A stretch of 64,000 nucleotides of DNA from an uncultured Chloroflexia bacterium (GCA_963724295.1 CAVRUC010000005.1:64001-128000), one strand, 5' to 3'; shown: positions 49,819 to 61,889, counted from the stretch's first letter. Translations and numbers: made by a program. The notes: a model not told the origin generated them from the letters alone.

Positions 49819-51377
49819 GCCACCACTTCTCCCTGGCTACGCTTCCGCGACCCGACAACCCCCAACCGATCTCGCAGATGATCGGCGACGCGCAACGCTT
49901 GGGCCGCGATGGTCAACGCCGGGTTGACCGCAGCCGATGATGGAAAGAACGATCCATCGACGACGTAGAGGTTATCCAGATCGTGCGCGCGACAGTAGGG
50001 ATCGAGCACCGAGCGAGCCGAATCGCGGCCGAACCGCAGCGTTCCGCACTGATGCGAATTCGTGGCAATCCCCATCTGACGATCGAGGAGAACCGGAAAG
50101 CCGGCGCGGCGAAGCATGGATTTTGCATGACCCATGAGCCGGACGTGGGCCGCCAGGTTGTTGGGACGCCAATGGATCACGATATTGCCACTGGCGTCGA
50201 GCGTCGCCCGGTTCGCGGCATCGGGCAGGTCCTCGCTCATCACCCACCAGTCGACACTGCGTTGCGCCGCGGCTCGCAGCGACCAGTCCGGAGCATATGG
50301 AGCGGAGCCGCGCATCATGACGCCTTGTAGTTTGCCAACTGGCTGCAGGTTCCCCATCGGGAACGGAAACCCGGGATCGATACCGGCGCGATAGAAGTCG
50401 TTCACCGAGATCGTCTTCTGGAACACGGTCGGATTCGGCCGGCGCGGATCGATCGCAACCAGCACCGAGTTGGTATGCACCATATAGTTCCGGCCGACGA
50501 GACCTGAGCTGTTGGCAAGCCCGTCCGGACTGCGGTCAGTCACGGACCGCAAAAGGAGTGCGGCCGAGTTCACCGCACCGCACGCGGCGACGACGATGTC
50601 AGCCTCGACCTCGATCCGTTCCCCATCACGCTCGACAACCACCCCGGTCGCTCGCGTGCCGGACGGATTGGTCGAGACTCGTGAGACAAAGGCCTCGGTC
50701 CAGATCTCGACGTGCGGTGAGTCGAGCGCAGGGCGCACTGCACAGATGTCGGCGTCCCCTTTTGCCAGCACCTGGCAAGGGAAAGCGTCGCAAGTTCCGC
50801 AACGGATGCACCGCCCGCCGGGGCGGTAATCAAGACCGACCGGCAGCGGCGCCGGGTGCAACCCCTGACGCCGAAAGCGCTCCGCCAGCTCCGCCATGTA
50901 AGGATCAGGCGGCATTGGCGGGAAGGGAAACGGTGCCGAGCGGGGTGGGTCGGTCGGGTCGGCTCCGGCTTCACCGTGCACCCAGTACAAGCGCTCCGCC
51001 CGGTCATAGTACGGAGCCAGCTCCTCGTACGAAATCGGCCACGCGGGGGACACGCCTCCGGCATGCTGGATCTCCCCAAAGTCTTCTCGACGCAGCCGTG
51101 GCAGCGCGGCCCCATAGACCTTGGTATTCCCACCGACGAAATAATGGACACCCGGCGAGAACCAGCCGCCCTCGGCGTCGCGCCACTGCTCTTTGGCCTT
51201 GTAACGATTCTCACCGAAGACAGCCGCGGCGCTCCAGTTTTGTGGCTCGCTCGGAAGAAACGATCCGCGTTCGAGCAGCAGCACCTTGGCGCCGCAGTCC
51301 CGCAGGGCCCAGGCCAGGGTGCCCCCGCCCATTCCAGACCCGACGATCACCACGTCGGCATGTTGCGCTCGCGTCAT
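49815..51377 (-). CDS. GMC family FAD oxidoreductase
   Basis: VGSGMGG, VGGNT, SHQCGT, NPALT. Confidence 0.93.
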   Translation of the reverse strand: MTRAQHADVVIVGSGMGGGTLAWALRDCGAKVLLLERGSFLPSEPQNWSAAAVFGENRYKAKEQWRDAEGGWFSPGVHYFVGGNTKVYGAALPRLRREDFGEIQHAGGVSPAWPISYEELAPYYDRAERLYWVHGEAGADPTDPPRSAPFPFPPMPPDPYMAELAERFRRQGLHPAPLPVGLDYRPGGRCIRCGTCDAFPCQVLAKGDADICAVRPALDSPHVEIWTEAFVSRVSTNPSGTRATGVVVERDGERIEVEADIVVAACGAVNSAALLLRSVTDRSPDGLANSSGLVGRNYMVHTNSVLVAIDPRRPNPTVFQKTISVNDFYRAGIDPGFPFPMGNLQPVGKLQGVMMRGSAPYAPDWSLRAAAQRSVDWWVMSEDLPDAANRATLDASGNIVIHWRPNNLAAHVRLMGHAKSMLRRAGFPVLLDRQMGIATNSHQCGTLRFGRDSARSVLDPYCRAHDLDNLYVVDGSFFPSSAAVNPALTIAAQALRVADHLRDRLGVVGSRKRSQGEVVA

Positions 51378-51393
51378 GAAGTGGAGCTGGACC

Positions 51394-52260
51394 CTAGCCC
51401 TTCATCGAACCGGCGAGCAGGCCTCGAATGAAGAATCGTCCGAGGAGGATATAGACCAACGCCGTCGGCAGCGCCGAGAGCACCGCGGCCGCCATGACGA
51501 CGGTCCAGTCGACTGAAGTCGTGCCATTGAGGTTATTAAGCGCCACCGTCACCGGCTGATCGGCCGGGTTGAAGACAACCGTCACCCCGAACAGGAAGTC
51601 ATTCCAGATGTTTGTGAACTGAAATATGCCGACGACCACAAACGCCGGCAAACTCAATGGCAGCATGATTTGGAAGAACGTCTGGATCAGGCCAGCACCG
51701 TCGATCCGCGCCGCCTCGACCAGCTCGCTCGGAACATTTGCGAAGTAATTGCGGAAGATCAAAGACGTGATCGGAATTCCATAGATGATGTGAACGAGAG
51801 CCAGTCCCTGCCAACTCCCGTAGAATCCGATGAGGTCGAGCGTCCGGATGAGTGGAATGAGAACTGCCTGATAAGGAATGAACATCCCGAACAAGATCAG
51901 CGTAAAGATCACGTCGGAGCCGCGGAATTTCCACTTCGAAAGCAAGTAGCCATTCACCGCGCCGAGAAGCGCGGAGCCGATTGTTGCCGGAATGACCATG
52001 CGCACGCTTGCCCAGAGGCTGGGACTCAGCACGTCCCAAGCCACTGGAAAACCGCCACCGTTCAGGTAGAGCGGCAACTTCCACATATCCGAGAGGGTCA
52101 TGTACGTCTTGTCTTTGAGTCCGTTCGCAACCATCACATAGACGGGCATCAAATAGAACAGCGTCGCTGCGACTAGAAGTGCGTAGACCACGTAGCGGCC
52201 GAAACGGTTTTTCTTGCGTGGCGAATACGTGCGTGGCGCCGGGGCCATCACAGTAGCCAT
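51394..52260 (-). CDS. Carbohydrate ABC transporter permease
   Basis: EAARIDGA loop, WNDFLF, about six TM. Confidence 0.93.
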   Translation of the reverse strand: MATVMAPAPRTYSPRKKNRFGRYVVYALLVAATLFYLMPVYVMVANGLKDKTYMTLSDMWKLPLYLNGGGFPVAWDVLSPSLWASVRMVIPATIGSALLGAVNGYLLSKWKFRGSDVIFTLILFGMFIPYQAVLIPLIRTLDLIGFYGSWQGLALVHIIYGIPITSLIFRNYFANVPSELVEAARIDGAGLIQTFFQIMLPLSLPAFVVVGIFQFTNIWNDFLFGVTVVFNPADQPVTVALNNLNGTTSVDWTVVMAAAVLSALPTALVYILLGRFFIRGLLAGSMKG

Positions 52261-52262
52261 AG

Positions 52263-53300
52263 CTAGAGTGTCTTCAACTGGCGAGCGAGATACGGCACGA
52301 TGACGATCGACACGGCAACGAGCATCACGATTGCGGCTGCCGCGCCGAAGTTGAAGCGCTGGGCACGGAAGATCATCTCGTAGACAAAGATGCCCGGCAC
52401 GTCGGTCGCAAATCCTGGCCCCTTCCCGGACATGGCGAAGACCAGGTCGAAGATCTTTAGCGACACATGCGTCAGGATAATCAGCACGCTGACTGTGATG
52501 GGGTTGAGGAGAGGGATAATGATGTCTTTATACAGCCGATAGTCGCTTGCTCCATCGAGCGAAGCCGCCTCCCGTACTTCGTGCGAGACGGTGCCGAGTC
52601 CAGCCAGGAACATCGCCATTGCGAAACCGGAGAGCTGCCATGCCGCGGCGACAGCGACCGCGATCATCGCGACTGGGACTCCGAGCTTGAGACTCCACTC
52701 GGCGGCAGGCGGAAAGACTGCCGCAATTGGACCGTTGAGTTGCCAGACGACACTGGGTCCGTGATCCAGCCGGGTTTGAGTGGCTCGGATCCGCTAGCAG
52801 CCAGGAGCTCGTTGATCCCGGTGGCATCGATGAGCAGGTTGATTCCAGTCTCAGGATTGAAGATCCATCGCCAGGCAACGCCGGTAGTGATGAATGACAG
52901 CGCGTATGGAAAAAGAAAGACGCTGCGGAAGAAGCCACTTCCGCGAATATGCCGATCGAGCAGAATCGCCAGACCAAGCCCTCCCAACACGGCCATGATC
53001 AGAAATGCGATGGTAAAGACGATGGTGTTACGAAGGTCAATTTGAAATCGAGTCTGACCAAACAGATCTGGATAAACCGAGCCGATTGGCCGGCGGATCG
53101 TCAAATCCGGCTTCGCGCTCTTCCAATTGGTGAGAGAAATGTAGAACGTGTAGCCGATAAACCCATAGACAAAGATGAAGATCACCACTGCCGACGGCGC
53201 CAGCAGGAGCGGCGAGAGGATCCTATCCACGGCGAAACGGCGGCGTGCCCCGCGTGGCCAGTCGCGCTTCCGGAGCTAGTGCTGGAGATGTAACCGCCAC
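52263..53300 (-). CDS. Carbohydrate ABC transporter permease (frameshifts ~53250 and ~52756)
   Basis: Reconstructed MAVTSPALAPEARLATRARRRFAVDRILSP...WITDPSVVWQ...EAASLDGA...FDLVF across three frames. Confidence 0.85.
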
Positions 53301-53444
53301 TCAATGACCCTCGAGCTGGACGAATCGAAATGTGCGCGATCGTGCCTTCTCTCCCGGCTCACCGGGAGAGAAGGCAGCGGTGACGGTATGGCAGACCAAT
53401 GCGAACTCGCAGAACTCAACCGCAACCCGCGCGTTGTCTGAAAA

Positions 53445-54757
53445 TTACGCGCTCGCCTCCGCATCCATCGCTGCTGCATCGCCAAGCATCGCGAGAATGT
53501 GTCGACGTCCTTGTCCGTAACGAACGCGGTCGTGGCGTCGTAGAACGCCTGCTGGAACGCCGGAGAGCATGCCTGACTGTGGGCAGCTGACGGCACCAGC
53601 GCATCGTTGCTGAAGCTGTCCATTGACCACTGATGATACGGCGTGAAGAGATCGCGATTCGCGTCGGTTCGCGCCGGAATCGATCCCTTCAATGGATTGA
53701 ATGCCTCTTGCGCTTCCTTCGAGCCGAGCGTGATCAGCCAGTTCCTTGCGTTCTCAGGATGCGGCGCTCCCACCGGCAATGTGAAGCTGTCGACGACGAG
53801 CACAAAGGAGCCATTAGATCCCGGATGGCTCACCCAGCCGATGTTGTCTTGGGCATCTTTGGCCAGCACTTCACCATATGCCCAGTCGCCCATGCTGTTG
53901 AAGCCGGCCTTGCCTTCGATCACGAGCGCTATGGCATCGCTCCATGCCAGGGCCGAGAAGTCTTCGTTCACATAATCGAGCATTCTGGCAAATATTTCCG
54001 CGGCTTCTCGGGCACCCTGATCGTCCCAGGGAGTCTCGCCGAGAAATAGCGCGTTGTATGTTTCGGGTCCAGCTACGCCGAGCAACGTGTTCTCGAACGT
54101 CTGAGGCCCCTGAAAACCTTCGTTGTTACTGAAGGCCAGCGCCGGGATTCCGGCGGCCTTGAGCGTGTCAGCCGCGGCAAAGAACTCATCAACGGACATC
54201 GTGTCGCCGATTTCGATTCCGTTGTCGGCCATGACCGTCTTGTTGTACCAGAACCCGTTTCCGCGGTGGACGCCGACGGGAATCGAGTACTGTTCACTTT
54301 CCCACGACGCTTGTTCGATCAGACCAGCTGGCATGACGTCTGCCCAGCCTTCGGATTCATAGAGATCCGTGATCGGCTCGCAGCTACCTGGAATGACGTA
54401 GAGATCGGTCAGTTCTCGGCCAATGTGTGTCTGCCACGAGTCGGGGGGCTGTCCGCCCTGCAAACGCGTCTGCAACACCGCTTTCGCGTTAACACCCGCG
54501 CCTCCCGAAACAGTCGAGTTGACAACTTCGACCCCGGGGTTGGCCGCGGTAAAGGCATCAAATAGAGCCTGCAGCGCCTTCGACTCGCCGGGTGAAGTCC
54601 ACCAGGAGAAAATTTCCAACGCGTCCTCAGCCTGCGCCGCTGCTAGGCGAGATCCAATTTGTCCAAGACCAACGGCCCCGATCCCGAGTGCCGCTCCCCC
54701 TCTAAGAACACCGCGCCGCGACGCGCGTGACGCAAACCTCCTGGAAAAATCGTCCAC
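53445..54757 (-). CDS. Sugar ABC transporter substrate-binding protein, Tat-exported (frameshift ~53495)
   Basis: SRRGVL Tat motif; EIFSWWT..GE, GQPPDSWQ, MGDW, FNPLKGSIPAR; corrected C-terminus FLAMLGDAAAMDAEASA*. Confidence 0.9.
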
Positions 54758-54887
54758 GAGTTACTCCTTCTCCATTGCGGAACATAGGCCATGCGCCATC
54801 GCACAACCCCCACGCACGAGTCGCCAGCGATCGCTTGGCACAGAGGGACGGCCCCCAAGAACACCCACATCGCTGCGAGACCTACGG

Positions 54888-54927
54888 CATGTACCGGGTT
54901 TGTACATGGCCTTTTCCCTACCGTCAA
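54888..54927 (-). promoter_or_regulatory. Promoter of the ABC importer with overlapping palindromic operator
   Basis: TTGACG-17 bp-TACAAA on the minus strand; CATGTAC-N7-GTACATG (54888-54908) spans the -10. Confidence 0.6.
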
Positions 54928-54938
54928 CCAGTTTCTCT

Positions 54939-56064
54939 TCAGCTGACCGCCGGCGCGCCAAGCATTTTGTCCAGCGCCTCGACGAAGAAGTACTCGCCCC
55001 ACATCACGCTTTCGTCGACGCCCAGGTCCTTGCGCTCGTGGTAGCTGCCATGCTTGAGGATCCCTTCCCAGCCCGGCGTGTTCACCGCCAGGAACTCCGG
55101 CGTGAGAAGCGTGTCCAGAATCGTCCGGGCGTACTCCTTGTAGTTCACTGCCCGCGCTGCTTCCCGCGTCAGTTCGGCGAGCTGCAATAGACCGCTGGCG
55201 GCAATGGCCGCCGCCGAGCTCTCGTAGGGTCGCCGCGGCGGATGCTCTTCCCAGTCGTTCGGGGGAACCCCATGTGCTGGAGTGCGCTCGATATAGAAAT
55301 CCGCGCAACGCTGCGCCGTGTCCAGGAAGCGCTCGTCACCTGATAGCCAGTACGCGATGCCAAATCCATAGAGTGCCCAGGACTGGCCCCGCGCCCACGA
55401 CGAATCATCCCGCCACCCCTGGTGGGTTGCCTGGCGCAAGTACTCACCCGTCTGTACGTCGAATATGCCCTCGTGGGCCGTACTGCCATCTCCGCGTACG
55501 AGGTACCGTCTCGTCGTCAAGCAGTGCTCGTGCGCTCTCCGCAGCAGATCTCGATCGCCGCTCCTGTTTGCGGCGTGAAAGATGATGCCGACGTTCATCA
55601 TGATGTCGATAAAACAACTGTCTGGGGCCACGAAGGATCGTAAGTACTTGCCTTGCTCATTGAAGCGCAAGCCCATGGTTTTGCCGGCCTGGATCACTCG
55701 AGCCTCGATGGCTTCATCCCCGCTTTGGTCGAACCACCGCTTCCAGGTTGACCAGAAGACGAATCCGAGATCGTGAACATTCGTATCGTGTTGGCGCTCC
55801 TCGATGAGGAGTGAGTAATGCTCGGCTCGCTCGCGCCAGTACTGGTCACCGGTTCGAGCGGCGAAGATCCACATCATGCCGCCGAGAAATCCCTCACACC
55901 AGTTCGTCCACGCCTCGCGGCCGTGCTGCCACTTTCCACCCTCGGTATAGAGCGGGAAATAGTCGGGATGGTTGGTGATCAAGCGCCCGCACTTGCGTCT
56001 GCGCCAGCTCGAGCGCCTGAGTGGCACGGGTCTCCAGTGGGGCGGTCGCATCGAATCGCGTCAC
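54939..56064 (-). CDS. Glycoside hydrolase family 88 (unsaturated glucuronyl hydrolase-like; frameshift ~55987)
   Basis: W..GF..G..W, HDLGF, FIDIMMN, WARGQSWA.YG, SSAAAIAASG, WGEYFFVEAL; AAGGAGG RBS before GTG 56064. Confidence 0.88.
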
Positions 56065-56101
56065 CGATGACCTCCTTGCCGCTCGCGGCGCACGACGAAT
56101 G

Positions 56102-56884
56102 TCATCGGCCCGAGAAGCGCGGCGGGCGCTTCTCACGGAACGCGGCGATGCCCTCTCGGCCGTCCTCCGTGGCGGCGGCCAGCGACCCCGCAAACGCTTC
56201 CGGCGCCGAGGTGTCACCGTTGATCGCGGCTTTCGCAAGCTGTACCGAGATCGGAGCGTTCGCCGCGATCTCGGACGCCAGCGCGCGGCACCGCGCCATG
56301 AGCGTGCCAGGCGCGACGACCTCGTTGACCAATCCCCAATGCTCCGCTGTAGCTGCGTCGATACCCGAGCCCGAGAAGATCATCTGCTTGGACCGGGCTA
56401 CGCCGATCACCTCTGGGAGTCGCGTCGTCCCGGCCCATCCGGGCAGCGTGCCGATCTTCGTCTCTGGTAGCGCGAACGTCGCGGTATCAGCGGCGATGCG
56501 GATGTCGGCGGCAAGCGCCAGTTCCAGCCCACCGCCGAACGCGAAGCCGTTGATCGCCGCGATGGTCGGCTGCCGCAGATGTTCCAGACGCTGCAGGACG
56601 CGATGTCCCTCCCGGATCCAGCTCCGCCACATATCGAGTGGTTCGAGCGCCGCCCATGCGTTGACGTCGGCCCCGACGGAAAACGCGCGGTCGCCGGATC
56701 CCGTGATGATCACCACACGCGCGCTGGGATCGACATCGATCTTGGCTATGAGCTGATCCAGATCAGCGAGCATCTCCGGACCGATCGCGTTCAGCTTGGC
56801 CGGGCGGTCCAGGGTCAGCGTCGCAATTCCATCTTCGCTGACAAGCACCACGCGCCCTGCGGGTGGCAGTTCGCCGCTCGTCAC
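56102..56884 (-). CDS. Enoyl-CoA hydratase/isomerase family protein
   Basis: FSVGAD, GGGLEL, ADIRIA, FALPE..IG (both catalytic Glu), EKRPPRF. Confidence 0.93.
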   Translation of the reverse strand: MTSGELPPAGRVVLVSEDGIATLTLDRPAKLNAIGPEMLADLDQLIAKIDVDPSARVVIITGSGDRAFSVGADVNAWAALEPLDMWRSWIREGHRVLQRLEHLRQPTIAAINGFAFGGGLELALAADIRIAADTATFALPETKIGTLPGWAGTTRLPEVIGVARSKQMIFSGSGIDAATAEHWGLVNEVVAPGTLMARCRALASEIAANAPISVQLAKAAINGDTSAPEAFAGSLAAATEDGREGIAAFREKRPPRFSGR

Positions 56885-59199
56885 CGCTCCTCCCCGGACC
56901 GAAGTCGGTCGACCAATTCACGCGCGGCCTTGAGGCAGAGCGCCCACAGGGTGAGCGTTGGATTGACGCCCGCGCAGGTCGGGAAGACGGCTCCGGAAAA
57001 GACATACAGTCCAGGCGTGTCGTGCACCCGAAGGGTGCGGTCGACGACACCCGCGGCAGCATCGTCGTTCATGCGGCAACCGCCGACGTCGTGCGAGCTT
57101 CCGGCCCCGGTGAACATCGGACCGTGCCAGGTCTTCGTCGCCCCCATCGCGCGTAGGATCGCGTCGCCCTGCCCCGCCATGAAGTCAGCTAACCGCCGCT
57201 CATTCGGTTGCAAGTCGTAGGTCACCCGGACGACGGGCATGCCGAGACCGCTGCGGTCCCGATGATGCGGATCGATGTCGAGGTAGTTGCTGCCGTAGGA
57301 GAGTGCCTCCGGTTGCATGCGGACGACGCTCCAGCGCTGCCAATCGCGCAAGTGCGCCTTGTAGTCCTTGCCCCAACGCGGCACATCCGGCGGTAGCGTT
57401 TCGCGGCTGATCTGGATTGGCAAGAACTGATTCTCGGCGCCCAGCGTCGAACCACCGAGGAAACCGTGCGCTCCGCAATCGAACGAGGCGTCGAGAAAAT
57501 CGTCGATGACAACGGCCTGCGCCGCGGGACCCGTGTGCCGGTTGAAGACCGCGTCCGGTACGTAGCCATCGACGTGCGGGAACATCTTGCTCATGAAGTG
57601 CCTACCGAGTTGCCCGGTCGCATTCCCCAGCCCACTCGGATGCCGATCGTCGCCTGAGAGGAAGAGCAGCCGCACATTTTCGAAGGTGTATGCTGCCAGG
57701 ATGACCGTGTCCGCGAGCTGTGTCTGAGGACGCCCCAGCGCGTCGACGTATTCCACGCCTCGCGCCCGGCCGTCGGCGTCGGTCAGAACCCGGGTGACGC
57801 GACAATGCGTCCGCAGGTCGAAATTGCCGGTGACCAGTGCTTCCCGCACGCTCGTCAGGCCCGGCTGCCATTTGTCGCCGGTCCAGGAGCCGAAGCCGTT
57901 ACTCCACGCGGTGTACGTCATCTCCGGGTAACCGTTGTACGGCTTGGTGGTCATCCCCACCGGCGCCGCGTGCGGGTGCAATCCAAGACTCCGCGCCGCG
58001 GCCATGAACATCTCGCCCATTCGGAATGGCCGTGTCGCGGGCAGAGGGTACGGTTGATCGTGCGGCAGGAAAATATTGTCCTCGTCGCCCCCGATGCCGA
58101 CGATGCGTTCGACTTCCCCAAAATAGGGGCCTAGCTCGTCGTATGTGATCGGCCAGTCGACGACTGTGCTTCCTTCCGGTATCGCCGCCGGTCCCCAGCA
58201 CCCCACCGCGTGAGAGCGCAGACGGAAGTTGTGGGCGGGGAACCGGCGCAACCAGCCCCCGTAGTGGATCACGGATCCGCCGACACCATTCATCATTCGC
58301 CCGAGGGAGAAGGTAAGCTCGCGGGTTGCTTCAGATTCGTTGCGGCGCCAGCGCGGTGTCTCACTCTTGAACTTCGCGCCCATCTCGGCTCGGCAGTAGT
58401 AGGTCGCCGCCAGCTCGTCCGGCTGGAAGTCTTCGCGTCGCCAGTACGGGCCGGCCTCCAGGCCGACGACGTTCAATCCGGCGCTCGTCAGCACCGGGGC
58501 AATGAATCCCCCCGCACCGCCGACCCCAACGAGGACGACGTCGGCCCGGTCGGCGGGCGGTGCCGCTCCGCGCTGCGGATCGAATCCCGGGACCTCTTCC
58601 TCGGGCTGTCGCTGATGGACTGCGCTTGCAACGTCGGCGAGCGACTGAATGCGGCCTCCCTTGGTCACCGGGTCAGGCGAGAGATTTTCTTCCGCGCTGT
58701 TCTCCAGCCACACTCCCGGATGACCGAGGAAACGCCAGCCGAGCTTGTCACGGTTACCACCATAGGCAGGATCGCTGAAGAGACCCTCCTGGAGGTGGGA
58801 TCGCATGAGCTCGAAGAACGAACCCTGGTCGGGCGCCACCCAGCCCGGAATTTCGCCGCGTTCGAGGTCACGGAGAAGCTCATCCTGCGCCGATTCCGCG
58901 GATTCTCCGAATCGCACACCATTGCGGGCCCGGCTAACGCTGTCGAGCAGTGCCAGGCCACTGCGATAGACATGTAAGTGCTCGCGATACGCACCCGCCA
59001 GGGCCCGGTCCAGGTAGGTGACCACGCCGATCTGTTGAGCGCCGGGACTCTCCTCGTCGGACGGAAACATCCGATCGAAGGCAGCCGCCGCGACCGACGC
59101 CTCCCGAGTGGTCAGGGCCAGCAGCGGCTCAGACTCGTCCAACTGCCGCCGCCCTGTCTCGCCCGCGCTGCGACAACTCCCGCCGAGTCGTTTCCGCAC
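56881..59199 (-). CDS. GMC oxidoreductase fused to an N-terminal gluconate-2-dehydrogenase subunit-3-like domain
   Basis: N-terminal PGA..GV..YLDR.L...EGLFSDPAYGGNRD..GW; GVGGAGG, SHDVGGCRM, GVNPTLT; start may be TTG 59142. Confidence 0.88.
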   Translation of the reverse strand: MRKRLGGSCRSAGETGRRQLDESEPLLALTTREASVAAAAFDRMFPSDEESPGAQQIGVVTYLDRALAGAYREHLHVYRSGLALLDSVSRARNGVRFGESAESAQDELLRDLERGEIPGWVAPDQGSFFELMRSHLQEGLFSDPAYGGNRDKLGWRFLGHPGVWLENSAEENLSPDPVTKGGRIQSLADVASAVHQRQPEEEVPGFDPQRGAAPPADRADVVLVGVGGAGGFIAPVLTSAGLNVVGLEAGPYWRREDFQPDELAATYYCRAEMGAKFKSETPRWRRNESEATRELTFSLGRMMNGVGGSVIHYGGWLRRFPAHNFRLRSHAVGCWGPAAIPEGSTVVDWPITYDELGPYFGEVERIVGIGGDEDNIFLPHDQPYPLPATRPFRMGEMFMAAARSLGLHPHAAPVGMTTKPYNGYPEMTYTAWSNGFGSWTGDKWQPGLTSVREALVTGNFDLRTHCRVTRVLTDADGRARGVEYVDALGRPQTQLADTVILAAYTFENVRLLFLSGDDRHPSGLGNATGQLGRHFMSKMFPHVDGYVPDAVFNRHTGPAAQAVVIDDFLDASFDCGAHGFLGGSTLGAENQFLPIQISRETLPPDVPRWGKDYKAHLRDWQRWSVVRMQPEALSYGSNYLDIDPHHRDRSGLGMPVVRVTYDLQPNERRLADFMAGQGDAILRAMGATKTWHGPMFTGAGSSHDVGGCRMNDDAAAGVVDRTLRVHDTPGLYVFSGAVFPTCAGVNPTLTLWALCLKAARELVDRLRSGEER

Positions 59200-60799
59200 C
59201 TGTCCGCAGCGTCAGTCCCATGAATTCAGGGCGGAACAGTCGCGCGTCCATCTGTCTCAGTTCCGGGCTGACGCGGAGGGGAACCTCCACCCGATCGAGC
59301 ACGTCTCGCTCGAGGTCGACACCCGGCGCAATTTCGGTCACGGTGAGACCCTCCGGGAGGAGGCGAATCACGCAGCGCTCCGTGATGAAGGTGACGTTCT
59401 GTCCGCGCTCTCGAGCCATGCGGCCACTGAAGGTCACATGCTCGACCTCAGGCACGAACTTCGCCACGGCACCGTCGTCCCGAATCGCGAGTTCGCCGTT
59501 CTCGACTGCGATATCCTGGCGCCCCGCGCAAAACGCCCCGCTGAACACCAGATTTTGCGCCGCGGCCGTGATGTCGATGAATCCGCCCGCGCCCGCCGAC
59601 ACGTGCGGTTTGCCGCGCAGCCGCGAAACGTTGACATTTCCCGCGGCATCCACTTGCAGGAATGACAGCAGGCAGCGATCGAATCCGCCCCCCTGGAAAT
59701 AGGTGAACTGGGCGGGCGAGGGCATGATCGCCTGCGCGTTGGCCGCGCATCCGAACTGAAATCCGAGCAGCGGCATGCCGCCGACGGGGCCCTGCTCGAT
59801 CACCCATGTGACACGGCCATCGAGCCCCTCCTCAAGCAGGATCCTCGGCACAAGGGCTGAGATGCCAAAGCCGAGGTTCACCACCTCACCGTCGATGAGC
59901 TCGAGGGCGGCGCGGCGGGCGATGACCTTGTCAAGGCCCCAATCCGGCAATTCAAACTGATCGACCGGCCGGCGCAGCTCGCCGCTAATGGCTGGGTCGT
60001 ATTCCGTTTGAGTCGTCTGCCACTGGTCCGCAACGACGACGATCCAGTCGACCAGAGTGCCTGGAATACGGACCTGCTGCGGCAGGAGCGACCCGGCCGT
60101 GGTCGTTCGTTCCACCTGGGCGATGACGACGCCGCCGTTGTTCCTCGCCGCTAATGCCTGGTCGAGAGCTCCCAGATACGCGCCCTCATGCTCCATCGAG
60201 ATGTTGCCGAGCTCGTCGCCCGTCGTGCCTCGCACGATGGCGACGTCGACCGGGATGGCGCGGTAGTGGAGCCACTCGTCACCATCGAACTCGACAAGCC
60301 GCACGATCTCTTCCTTAGTCGCTCGATTCATGCGACCACCCTGCCGGCGTGGATCGACGAACGTGTCGAGTCCGACTTTGGTCAGCACTCCCGGGCGACC
60401 CGCCGCCGCGTCCGCGTGCATGTGGAACAGCACGCCGCTCGGCAGGTTGTAGGCTTCGATCTGGTTCCCATCGATCAGCTGCCAGATTTTTGGTGAAGGC
60501 ATGGAGGAGGGTCCGCTGGGATAGCTGCCGGCGATGATTCGCTTGATCAGACCGGGTTCGGCAATGTGATCGACGCCGTCGATCCCGTACATGTCTCCGG
60601 CGGCGATCGGATGGATCATCGTCAATCGGCTCGGTTCTCCCATGCCCCGGAAGCGGTCGCCAATGGCTTTCAACACCGCGTCCGGGCACCCGAGCCCCGA
60701 CGAGGAACTGACGGAAACCGTCGCCCCATTGGGGATGAGCGCAGCCGCCTCCTGCAGCGAAATCCGCTTCGATCGACTCATCCCCCTGTCCAATGCCAT
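59129..60799 (-). CDS. Family I acyl-CoA:acetate/3-ketoacid CoA-transferase (YdiF/Pct-like)
   Basis: TKVGLDTFVDPR, VNLGFGI, EQGPVGG (catalytic Glu), GAGGFIDI, ITERCV, EIAPGVDLE. Confidence 0.92.
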   Translation of the reverse strand: MALDRGMSRSKRISLQEAAALIPNGATVSVSSSSGLGCPDAVLKAIGDRFRGMGEPSRLTMIHPIAAGDMYGIDGVDHIAEPGLIKRIIAGSYPSGPSSMPSPKIWQLIDGNQIEAYNLPSGVLFHMHADAAAGRPGVLTKVGLDTFVDPRRQGGRMNRATKEEIVRLVEFDGDEWLHYRAIPVDVAIVRGTTGDELGNISMEHEGAYLGALDQALAARNNGGVVIAQVERTTTAGSLLPQQVRIPGTLVDWIVVVADQWQTTQTEYDPAISGELRRPVDQFELPDWGLDKVIARRAALELIDGEVVNLGFGISALVPRILLEEGLDGRVTWVIEQGPVGGMPLLGFQFGCAANAQAIMPSPAQFTYFQGGGFDRCLLSFLQVDAAGNVNVSRLRGKPHVSAGAGGFIDITAAAQNLVFSGAFCAGRQDIAVENGELAIRDDGAVAKFVPEVEHVTFSGRMARERGQNVTFITERCVIRLLPEGLTVTEIAPGVDLERDVLDRVEVPLRVSPELRQMDARLFRPEFMGLTLRTGAETTRRELSQRGRDRAAAVGRV

Positions 60800-60800
60800 A

Positions 60801-61889
<1,089 letters not shown>

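Noticed and set aside
33296..56064. Programmed ribosomal frameshifting in the split genes
   Set aside because: No slippery heptamers or stimulatory structures seen, mixed +1/-1 directions, and these families are not known for recoding; sequencing error is more parsimonious.
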